From assembly GCA_016839785.1 (NCBI GenBank), contig JAEOTQ010000220.1:1-11517 (forward strand): a stretch of 11,517 nucleotides of DNA, read 5' to 3'. A model generated the notes under the pieces. The model did no database searches, was not told the DNA's origin, and was given only the letters and a program-made list of their open reading frames with translations. Below, piece by piece: positions 1 through 8,169 of the stretch. A program made the position numbers and the translations under genes. Position 1 is the stretch's first letter, and every line of letters begins with the position of its first letter. The stretch comes from Candidatus Hodarchaeota archaeon (lineage in GTDB: Archaea; Asgardarchaeota; Heimdallarchaeia; Hodarchaeales; Hodarchaeaceae).

Positions 1-768
<768 letters not shown>

Positions 769-780
769 CTTGTCTTAAAC

Positions 781-800
781 TTTTTTCTTTCTTTTTTTTT
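781..800 (+). terminator. Archaeal-type oligo(T) intrinsic terminator candidate after cdc48
   Basis: TTTTTTCTTTCTTTTTTTTT begins 13 nt after the TAG stop. U-rich tracts are the established archaeal termination signal. Confidence 0.6.
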
Positions 801-848
801 CCCCCATAAGTAAAACCTTTTTAGAGGAATTTGTGTGTAATAAAAGTC

Positions 849-1637
849 ATGGAACCTATTCATGATTTTGAAATACGTGATATTGCAGATGTAGATCTAA
901 CTGGAGGGACATTAATTGAGTGTTTTCCTTCAACGAGTAGTTTAGCTTTAATTGTGGCGAACATAATTCTCGAAGCTGGTGGTCGACCAGAGCATTGGAA
1001 TTATGACCAGGTGGCAGTAGGTGATAGTAGTCAGTTACCCTCTGTGTGTATGGTTTATTTCAATAGACCGAAATTTCCAATACGAATCTATGCGAATAAA
1101 GATGAAAACACAAAAATTGCTCTTCTTGCCTCAGAGATACCTCAATATGCACCTATTACACGTGAAATTGGAAGAAAAATTTTTAATTGGGCAACCGAGA
1201 AAGGAATAAGTCGAATTGTATCTATTGAAGGGTTTATTAGTGAACAAACCCATTCCCCCCAAAATTTACCAATGAAAATATATGGTGTTGGGACAACAGA
1301 TTCCTGTCGATCTATCCTCGAATCTAAGCAAATTTCGCCATTGAATCATGGTGTGATTAAAGGTTTAAGTGCTGTTTTACTTAATGAAGGATGGTTCAAT
1401 AAATCCGAGGTAATTGTTCTTTTGGGTGAAGTTAGACAACATTATCCTGAAATACGAACTGCTGCTCGAATTATTGAAGTTTTAAATCAGTTAGTTCCAT
1501 CTTTGAGTGTTGGCATTGAACCAATATTAGCTCAAGCCGAAAAAATAGAACAACTAGCCCTTTCGATGAGAGGTCAAGCTACTGCTGCCGTTGATGATGA
1601 AAAGCAAATTGGAAAATTAGATAAAACGTATATTTAA
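849..1637 (+). CDS. PAC2 / PbaA-PbaB family proteasome assembly chaperone-like protein (divergent)
   Basis: N-terminal TLIECFPS (family consensus approx. LIEGFPG), PxxPIRIYA, WAxxKGISRIVSIEG, IYGVGT, GVIKGLSAVLL, YPExRxAARIIEVL, LxxxAEKIE and a C-terminal Y-X. The ATG at 849 is preferred over the in-frame TTG at 831. Confidence 0.82.
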   Translation: MEPIHDFEIRDIADVDLTGGTLIECFPSTSSLALIVANIILEAGGRPEHWNYDQVAVGDSSQLPSVCMVYFNRPKFPIRIYANKDENTKIALLASEIPQYAPITREIGRKIFNWATEKGISRIVSIEGFISEQTHSPQNLPMKIYGVGTTDSCRSILESKQISPLNHGVIKGLSAVLLNEGWFNKSEVIVLLGEVRQHYPEIRTAARIIEVLNQLVPSLSVGIEPILAQAEKIEQLALSMRGQATAAVDDEKQIGKLDKTYI

Positions 1638-1653
1638 TTAATCTGGGAATTAA

Positions 1654-1977
1654 TCAATTATATTGCTCTACTAGATCTGCTAATTGTGCTTGTAGCTCTT
1701 CTGAGCTGTCACCAAGTGAGGATAGTTTTTCCCAAGCTTCTGTTGTCAAAGCAAATGTTTGTAAACGGCTAGGGAGTATTAGATTCCATTGATAAGCTCC
1801 CATCTGAAAGCTTGGGGCTTCCTCTAAAATTATACTAAATTCGAGTGATAATTGAAGATAAACTCGTTGTTCTGTGGGGGTTAATTCACTTGATCCAACA
1901 GGAGGAGGGAATGTTGTAATTAAAGGCATTTTACGATTTTTTAAGGCAGATTCATCCACGGGATCGTCAAAACTCAT
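1654..1977 (-). CDS. Hypothetical protein, 107 aa, acidic
   Basis: ATG start preceded by a Shine-Dalgarno-like AGGAG (reverse complement of 1986-1990). Fills the gap between neighbours without overlap. No recognisable family motif. Confidence 0.65.
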   Translation of the reverse strand: MSFDDPVDESALKNRKMPLITTFPPPVGSSELTPTEQRVYLQLSLEFSIILEEAPSFQMGAYQWNLILPSRLQTFALTTEAWEKLSSLGDSSEELQAQLADLVEQYN

Positions 1978-2138
1978 GTGTTTCTCTCCTAGAAATAACT
2001 ATTAACAAAAATCCTATAATAGCCTTTCTGATACAAAGATTAGCAGAACTTAGAATATAATCTGAAAGTCGATCTCAGATGCTGAAATCACCGTGAAAAG
2101 GGAGGAATACAAGTATCTGTTTTCAGTTATTATTGTTC

Positions 2139-3413
2139 TCACAAGGTGATTGACGTCTGTCCGTTCATAAACGGTCGTAAAACTTCAGGAATTATGACCG
2201 AGCCGTCTTCTTGCTGATAATTTTCTAATATTGCACATATAGTACGCTCTGTGGCAATTGCAGTTGAGTTTAGTGTATGAACAAAGATCTTTTCTCCACC
2301 AGCCTTTCCTGTGGTGACATTCAATTTTCTTGCTTGATAATCTGTGACATTAGAACATGAAACCAATTCTCGATAGGCATTTTGAGCAGGGAACCAGGCC
2401 TCTAAGTCATACTTTTTCGCTGCATTTGCATTCAGCTCTCCTGAGGCAATGTTGACAATTCGATATGGAAGTTTCAATCCCTGAAATAAGGTCTCTGCAT
2501 TTTGGATTAATTCCTCGTGCATTTCTTCCGATGATTCAGAGTGTGTAAAAGCAAATTGTTCCACTTTCTCAAAATGATGCACTCTAAATAATCCTTTTGT
2601 ATCTTTTCCATGTGAACCTGCCTCTCTTCGATAACATTGGGATACTGCGCAATATTTTCGAGGGAGTGTATCAATATCTATTAGTTCGTCCAGATGCAAT
2701 GCAGCAAGTGTTTGTTCGGATGTTGCAATGAAGAAAACATCTTCTTTAGCATCATGATATAACTGCTCCTCAAAATCTGACAATTCACTAGCTCCTTCCA
2801 TTACATTTCTTCTTAGAAAAGGAGGGGTCCAAAATGGAGTGAATCCTTTTTCGGAAAGTACAAGCAAAGCATACTGAATTAATGCAAGGTTTAAGAAGAC
2901 AAGTTGTTTTTTAAGATAGTATGTACGTGAACCACTTACTTCTGATGCTTTACCGAGCTCTGCTACATCAAGTGATTCTACCAGTTCTGTATGACTTTTT
3001 ACTGGAAACTTAAACTTAGGTTTATCTCCCCAAGTCCGAATTGTTTCATCTCCTTCCTCATTTTCTGCAATTGGGACTCCAGGTAACAATATATTCCCAA
3101 TAACATATCTCAGACTGTCCCGTTCTTCAAGAATTTTATCACTTTTTTTCTCTATTCGAGTAATATCGGTCTTAATCTTGTTAACTCGTTTTGTAAGAGA
3201 ACTAATATCTTCCCCTTTCTTTTTAAGTGGACCAATTTGACGACTTATAGTATTACGTTCTTTTCGAAGATCATTAACTTGTTGGAGGAGCTTACGCCAC
3301 TGTTCATCAAGTTTTACAACTTTATCTACCCGTGAAACATCTTTAAAACGTTTTTTCTCTGATTCACGTATAATTTCTGGGTTCTCACGAAATAATTTAA
3401 TATCTATCATCAT
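2139..3413 (-). CDS. serS: Seryl-tRNA synthetase (standard class II type, not the rare methanogen type)
   Basis: N-terminal MIDIKLFRENPE plus coiled-coil arm, IATSEQ, motif 2 CYRREAGSHGKDTKGLFRVHHFEKVEQF, KKYDLEAWFP, ELVSCSN, motif 3 HTLNSTAIATERTICAILEN. The start is probably the ATG at 3413 or 3410 rather than 3434. Confidence 0.97.
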   Translation of the reverse strand: MMIDIKLFRENPEIIRESEKKRFKDVSRVDKVVKLDEQWRKLLQQVNDLRKERNTISRQIGPLKKKGEDISSLTKRVNKIKTDITRIEKKSDKILEERDSLRYVIGNILLPGVPIAENEEGDETIRTWGDKPKFKFPVKSHTELVESLDVAELGKASEVSGSRTYYLKKQLVFLNLALIQYALLVLSEKGFTPFWTPPFLRRNVMEGASELSDFEEQLYHDAKEDVFFIATSEQTLAALHLDELIDIDTLPRKYCAVSQCYRREAGSHGKDTKGLFRVHHFEKVEQFAFTHSESSEEMHEELIQNAETLFQGLKLPYRIVNIASGELNANAAKKYDLEAWFPAQNAYRELVSCSNVTDYQARKLNVTTGKAGGEKIFVHTLNSTAIATERTICAILENYQQEDGSVIIPEVLRPFMNGQTSITL

Positions 3414-3432
3414 AGATAACCTTAGGGGATTC

Positions 3433-3450
3433 ATATATATCTTAAATTTG
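3433..3450 (-). promoter_or_regulatory. Putative TATA box for serS (possibly leaderless transcript)
   Basis: The minus strand reads CAAATTTAAGATATATAT, about 20-35 nt upstream of the ATG ATG at 3413/3410. Confidence 0.4.
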
Positions 3451-3623
3451 TAAACGAGTCAATTGAAGCGAGAAAATAACTAATTAAATTGTTTTACGTT
3501 CATTTCGTTCATAAAAACAAGGGAATTTTCCCTCCATTCTATTTAACAATGATAAAGTTGATAAGTCAACAAGATGGGGAGAATTCAATTAAAGTATCTG
3601 TTCGCCCTCTAGAGGTATAAGAA

Positions 3624-4373
3624 ATGCTGAAAATATCAACAAAGAATAAAATCGCGATAATTGAATTAGATAAAGGGATTACAAATGCTATTTCTCCTGC
3701 GTTAGTTTCTGATCTGAGAAAAAAACTTCGTGAGATGAGTTTCGGTGACGAAATTAGAGCTATTATACTTACTAGTTCTAATACAAAATTCTTTTCCATT
3801 GGGCTGAATATTCCTGAATTATATGAATTATCAAAAGAAGACTTTACCCAATTCTATAGTTCTTTTAATGAATTGTGTATTGAACTATATTCATACCCCA
3901 AACCAGTTCTTGCAATGATAAACGGGCACGCAATTGCAGCTGGTTGTATTTTGGCACTTTGTTGTGATTATAGATTCATTTCTCAAGGAAAGAAACTGAT
4001 GGGATTAAATGAAATCAAACTAGGAGTTCCAATACCCTACCCAGCGCTACAGATACTGGAAAATATGATTGGTTCTGAGCAGACTAAAGAATTCGTTTAT
4101 ACAGGAGAATTTCTCTCACCCGAATCTCTTTTAGAATTGGGTATTGTAGATAAAATATATCCACCAGATGAATTACTTGAGTGTTCGCTGAATAAATGTC
4201 TATCGTTGATTGAAAATCCATCTGTGGCTTTTACAAAGATCAAACTTGATTTGAAAATGCCAATTGTTAATCACATTAAAACACGGTTGGAGTCTCATAT
4301 CGAATCCTTTGTCGATAGTTGGTACAGCGAAGAAACACGAGTTCTACTCAAAGACGCAATCAAGAAATTTTGA
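3624..4373 (+). CDS. Crotonase-superfamily enoyl-CoA hydratase/isomerase, probably Delta3,Delta2-enoyl-CoA isomerase type
   Basis: NAIS, oxyanion-hole FFSIGLNI, PKPVLAMINGHAIAAGCILALCCDYR, GLNEIKLGV, TGExL and LGIVD motifs. Confidence 0.92.
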   Translation: MLKISTKNKIAIIELDKGITNAISPALVSDLRKKLREMSFGDEIRAIILTSSNTKFFSIGLNIPELYELSKEDFTQFYSSFNELCIELYSYPKPVLAMINGHAIAAGCILALCCDYRFISQGKKLMGLNEIKLGVPIPYPALQILENMIGSEQTKEFVYTGEFLSPESLLELGIVDKIYPPDELLECSLNKCLSLIENPSVAFTKIKLDLKMPIVNHIKTRLESHIESFVDSWYSEETRVLLKDAIKKF

Positions 4374-4414
4374 ATCTAAAAATATTATTGAATGAAATAC
4401 CATTGTGATCAAAA

Positions 4415-5623
4415 ATGACGGTTTATTTTGCATTTTTACTTCATATCTATCAACCTCCAGTCCAAATAGCTCCAGTTGTTAAAAAGATCGTTAATGAATC
4501 CTACCGACCTCTAATAAATGCTCTTCAAAAAAATCCTCAAGCAAAGATTAGTCTAAATATTAATGCGACTTTGACCGAGCAACTTGATGACTATGGATAT
4601 GGAGACATTATTGAAGGTATTAGAACACTAGCTTCCCGAAATCAGATTGATTTTACAGGTTCAGCCAAGTTTCATCCCCTCCTGCCACTGATTCCCGAAC
4701 CAGAAGTAATTAGGCAAATACAACTAAACAATGAAACCAATAAGAAGTACTTTGGGAACGTGTATAAGCCAAAAGGCTTTTTTCCCCCTGAAATGGCCAT
4801 TAGCGAGGAAATCTTTCCCGCTTTAAGAAAAATGAACTTTGACTGGGTGATTGCTTCAGGAATTGCCAACACTCTACCTGATTTTCCCACTACAACAATT
4901 TCCCAACATCATTCAAGCGGGATTAACCTTGTTTTTCGAGATGATTATATTTCAATTGATTGTGCGTTTGATAAGCTAAATAATGTGGAAGTTTTTGCAA
5001 ATCGTTTGAAATACAAAACTCAAGACCACGATTATTATGTAATCCTGGCTATGGACGGTGAAACATTTGGACATCATGTTAAACATGCCATTAATGAATT
5101 TCTTCAGCCCTTGTTCCATAATCTACCGTCAAGACAAGATATTTACTTATGTACAGTAAGTGAAATTGTTGAAAAATTTCCTAAAGGAGAGAAACAGGCA
5201 CCAAGACCCTCTAGTTGGAGTACCATGCCTTATGACTTAGAAAGAAAAGTTCCTTTCCCCCTTTGGTTCGAGCCATCAAATGAGTTACATCAAAAACAAC
5301 ATCAATTCATAATGTATGCTCTAACAACAGTAAATCTCCTCCAGAAATATTATGAGAAAATGGATAGAGATCAGAAACAACAATGGGATAATGCACGCAC
5401 TTTTTTAGATCGTGGAATCCATAGCTGTCAACAATGGTGGGCTTCTAAAAGGCCATGGTTTTCTCCTGATATGATTCTACGTGGATTAAGTGAAATCCTA
5501 CTGGCTAGTGTAAATGCAAAGAAATGTGTTCCGTTGAACGTCCCTCTGGATGTTCCCGAAACGATTTCATTAATTCTAGAAGAAATGCTTCAGATACACA
5601 AAGAAATTGTCTTGTCCTTGTAA
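4415..5623 (+). CDS. Glycoside hydrolase family 57 protein (alpha-glucan-active; exact specificity unknown)
   Basis: GH57 conserved regions HIYQP, ESYRP, HPLLPLI, GFFPPEMA (catalytic Glu nucleophile), AMDGETFGHH (catalytic Asp acid/base), SSWS and HSCQQWW. Confidence 0.92.
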   Translation: MTVYFAFLLHIYQPPVQIAPVVKKIVNESYRPLINALQKNPQAKISLNINATLTEQLDDYGYGDIIEGIRTLASRNQIDFTGSAKFHPLLPLIPEPEVIRQIQLNNETNKKYFGNVYKPKGFFPPEMAISEEIFPALRKMNFDWVIASGIANTLPDFPTTTISQHHSSGINLVFRDDYISIDCAFDKLNNVEVFANRLKYKTQDHDYYVILAMDGETFGHHVKHAINEFLQPLFHNLPSRQDIYLCTVSEIVEKFPKGEKQAPRPSSWSTMPYDLERKVPFPLWFEPSNELHQKQHQFIMYALTTVNLLQKYYEKMDRDQKQQWDNARTFLDRGIHSCQQWWASKRPWFSPDMILRGLSEILLASVNAKKCVPLNVPLDVPETISLILEEMLQIHKEIVLSL

Positions 5624-5645
5624 AAGAATGGAATACTATACTCTG

Positions 5646-5672
5646 AAAAAAGAAAGAAATGAAGAAGAAAAG
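5646..5672 (-). terminator. T-rich terminator candidate after the gelsolin-like gene
   Basis: The minus strand directly after the stop reads CTTTTCTTCTTCATTTCTTTCTTTTTT. Confidence 0.55.
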
Positions 5673-6902
5673 CTAAACGTATTTTCGTCCTTCTTCTCGA
5701 TATCTTTGTACTCGTTGTTCCATGTCCTCTTCCCCACGAACTTCTTGAAGATCACACTTTACCCCAATTCTGTATCCAGCTTTGACTGCAAAACCAGCTT
5801 TGCATATACCTCGGGCTTGTCGGCCTGCAGTTCTTTGCGTTATCAAACTTGACCCTTCAACGTAAGAAAGAACAGCTGTTTTTGTTGATTCATTGATTTC
5901 CAGTGTTGCTGTTTCGTTTCCACCCACTTCCGTGAACTCACCATCTACATAGTATAGGGTGTATTGGGTTTGTCTGGTTGGGACTGGTGCGGTTGCAGCT
6001 ACTCCTAAACCTGTTTGAACTGGTGTTGGTTCTGGCTCTGGTGCTGGTTTAGGTTCATCCCTTATTGGAGGGGGTTTTGGAACATAAGTTTCTTCTTTTG
6101 GTGGACCTACGATTTCTCTAGGTGTGGAGCTTGACGGAGGAGGAGCTAATTCAGCAGGAGGAGTCACTGGTTCAGTTGGAGCAGTTAAATCTGAGAGGGA
6201 ACCACTCATACTAGAACTAATAACTGATGAGTCATCTTTACGAGATAATCCACTTCCGCTTATAGAGTCAAAAAGATCCCAGAACCCTTCTGGTTCATAC
6301 CCTTCTCCAATTTGATAAACCATTGGCGTTCTATCCCGATCTACATCTAATTTTCTAGCTACCCGATTTCCTGCTACCTTTTCACCAATTTGTGAGCCTG
6401 CACCAACCCATACATAAAGATCATGGTAAGCATCTACCACGAATACATCATCAGAGACAAAACTCTCACGTTTCAAAGGCACTTTCTCAATTGATATATC
6501 GTCAGATGAAGATCCGTCTGAAAGATCTGTATCCCTGACCCTATACAGAGCATAGCTGATATCTTCTTTATTTACTTCTACGTGCTTTAAAAAGCCAGGT
6601 GTATCTCCTGTTACGACTACGAATTCTAATAATCCTTTAAATTCGGCTGACTCGTTTCCTTCAACCTCTGTATCGATATCGATTTCTTTATCAGCGAGAT
6701 CCAACTGTTTTGCAGCCCAAGCACCAACTGCTCTATCATCAGCATATGCTTGAGATCCTAACCATATGAATACCTTCTTCTTGAGTCCTGCAGAAACATC
6801 CGAATTATCAATGATATAAACGTCTCCATTCAAGAATTCAAAGGATCCATTCCTTTTGTTTATTTCAACAAGTTTTTTTCCTTGAACATGTAATACACGC
6901 AT
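5673..6902 (-). CDS. Gelsolin/villin-family protein: two gelsolin domains, Ser/Pro-rich linker and an additional C-terminal domain
   Basis: G1: FLNGDVYIID...VFIWLGS..ADDRAVGAWAAKQLD...EVEGNESAEF. The linker GFLKHV matches the gelsolin FKHV WH2-like motif. G2: LYRV...VPLKRESFVSDDVFVVD...LYVWVGAGSQIGEK...EGYEPEGFW. The ATG at 6902, preceded by AGGTTGA, is preferred over the TTG at 6908. Confidence 0.9.
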   Translation of the reverse strand: MRVLHVQGKKLVEINKRNGSFEFLNGDVYIIDNSDVSAGLKKKVFIWLGSQAYADDRAVGAWAAKQLDLADKEIDIDTEVEGNESAEFKGLLEFVVVTGDTPGFLKHVEVNKEDISYALYRVRDTDLSDGSSSDDISIEKVPLKRESFVSDDVFVVDAYHDLYVWVGAGSQIGEKVAGNRVARKLDVDRDRTPMVYQIGEGYEPEGFWDLFDSISGSGLSRKDDSSVISSSMSGSLSDLTAPTEPVTPPAELAPPPSSSTPREIVGPPKEETYVPKPPPIRDEPKPAPEPEPTPVQTGLGVAATAPVPTRQTQYTLYYVDGEFTEVGGNETATLEINESTKTAVLSYVEGSSLITQRTAGRQARGICKAGFAVKAGYRIGVKCDLQEVRGEEDMEQRVQRYREEGRKYV

Positions 6903-6934
6903 GAACAATCAACCTTTAATATGAATTCATAAGT

Positions 6935-6950
6935 AGTTTAAGTATTTTGT
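6935..6950 (-). promoter_or_regulatory. Putative BRE + TATA promoter of the gelsolin-like gene
   Basis: The minus strand reads ACAAAATACTTAAACT: a purine-rich BRE-like tract followed by CTTAAA, about 35-40 nt upstream of the ATG at 6902. Confidence 0.45.
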
Positions 6951-7218
6951 TCTCTTTTTTAACTATAATCAAAGAGTGTTATACATTGAATGATTTTACT
7001 CATTCGATTTGAATTGTCTAACCTACATGGTGCCCCTTTATTTATGTAGCTTATTGAATTAACTTCGTACTTATAGTAACTCATGTACTTAAACTCCTCT
7101 CTTTGACGTAAATTTGAGAAACCCGTACATTATACATGGAAAGTAAAAGAATTCTATAAGGAAACTAGTTATAATAATTCAAGAAGAATTTATTCGAGAC
7201 CAATGTGTGAATATTCTT

Positions 7219-8136
7219 TTATTTTCCTTCTAACTCTTTAACCCGTTCCTGTAGCTTTTGTACCTGATATGTTAGAACTTGATTTTGGGCCAGAATATCC
7301 ATTACGAAATCTTTCAGTTTTCTGATCTCTCTCTCATCATGAGTTGCTAAATCGATAGCCGTATTAACTGTTGATCGTAAATTTTTGAGGAGATCATCAA
7401 ACCATTTAGCTGGATATTTACCTTCAGATTCTTTCTGAAAGTGAATCCAATCACGAACCCATTCATCGATGAACGATTCAATGAATTGTAAAAACGATTT
7501 TTCTTTCAAGTACGGTAAATCACGAGGAAAGAGCAAGAATAAGTTCATTACTCTCCCTGTTAACGCGATTCTCGGATCTTTACTATTGGGTGCAGGAACT
7601 AGGAAGTCATAACTTACGTGGATTAAATCTGAACGATTTGGAACATTTAAGGGTTCCTTAAACCCGACTTGAAATTCATTCAACTTTCCCATATAAGAAA
7701 TTGTTTGCCCTTGCACAGCTAGTAACAATGTAGTTTCTTCATTAATGAAACTGGGGCTATAAACAACCCTAGGACCTCTAGCATCATCGAAAGCGGCGAC
7801 AACAATACCTATCAAATTCTCACGTTGTGCATCGCGGTCTTTACGATAAGATTGGAGCTTTAAATCAATCTCTGTAATGTCTATCATTTCATCCGCTAAA
7901 AGAATGTATAGATCTTTCTTGTACTTCTGATAGTACAAACGAGAAAATGCAAAAGAAGGTAAATTCTTATGGAGTATCGCAGTATCATCCATCTCAAGGG
8001 CAGGATCATTATAAAGTTCAGCGATCAGCTTATCTTCATCAGATTTGGTGAGAACCTTTTGACGTTGAAGTTTTTGGTCAAATATATACAATCCTTGCTC
8101 ATTTATAAGCCAAAATCGATAATAATTTCCTTTCAT
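7219..8136 (-). CDS. Putative longin-like + uDENN/longin-like domain protein with C-terminal leucine-zipper coiled coil
   Basis: N-terminal FWLINEQGLYIFDQ resembles the longin beta-hairpin. The second domain starts GIVVAAFDDARGPRVVY, resembling the uDENN/NPRL2-type hhhhxFDxxxGP start, and has a later DPR..GR motif. C-terminal heptads IRKLKDFVMDILAQNQVLTYQVQKLQERVKEL. The CDS is solid; the domain calls are by eye. Confidence 0.7.
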   Translation of the reverse strand: MKGNYYRFWLINEQGLYIFDQKLQRQKVLTKSDEDKLIAELYNDPALEMDDTAILHKNLPSFAFSRLYYQKYKKDLYILLADEMIDITEIDLKLQSYRKDRDAQRENLIGIVVAAFDDARGPRVVYSPSFINEETTLLLAVQGQTISYMGKLNEFQVGFKEPLNVPNRSDLIHVSYDFLVPAPNSKDPRIALTGRVMNLFLLFPRDLPYLKEKSFLQFIESFIDEWVRDWIHFQKESEGKYPAKWFDDLLKNLRSTVNTAIDLATHDEREIRKLKDFVMDILAQNQVLTYQVQKLQERVKELEGK

Positions 8137-8169
8137 CAGATTGTTGCTCCGATTATCAATACTTGCCTA

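Noticed and set aside
1021-1209. 62-aa plus-strand ORF
   Set aside because: Out-of-frame ORF nested in the PAC2-like gene, GTG start, no motif.
1978-2138. Short inverted repeats downstream of serS (ATCTGA/TCAGAT at 2060-2080; CTGAAA/TTTCAG at 2082-2126), considered as tRNA, SECIS or C/D-box RNA
   Set aside because: No cloverleaf or T-loop GTTC motif and no convincing box C/D pair. The serS TGA is at the normal C-terminus and is followed by TAA after two further codons. The 6-bp stems are expected by chance.
3566-3799. 77-aa minus-strand ORF
   Set aside because: Antisense shadow of the enoyl-CoA isomerase gene.
4672-4890. 72-aa minus-strand ORF
   Set aside because: Antisense within the GH57 gene.
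5673-5690. Gelsolin C-terminus RKYV as a possible HbYX proteasome-docking motif
   Set aside because: Lys at the hydrophobic position and no functional context; a penultimate Tyr alone is weak evidence.
5607-5852. 81-aa plus-strand ORF
   Set aside because: TTG start, overlaps the GH57 end and lies antisense to the gelsolin 3' end and its terminator. The composition reflects those tracts.
6005-6060. TGGT/TGGC-periodic DNA considered as a tandem repeat or CRISPR remnant
   Set aside because: Fully explained by CCA Pro codons of PKPAPEPEPTP on the minus strand; no repeat-spacer structure.
6124-6315. 63-aa Gly-rich plus-strand ORF
   Set aside because: Antisense mirror of the Pro/Ser codons in the gelsolin linker.
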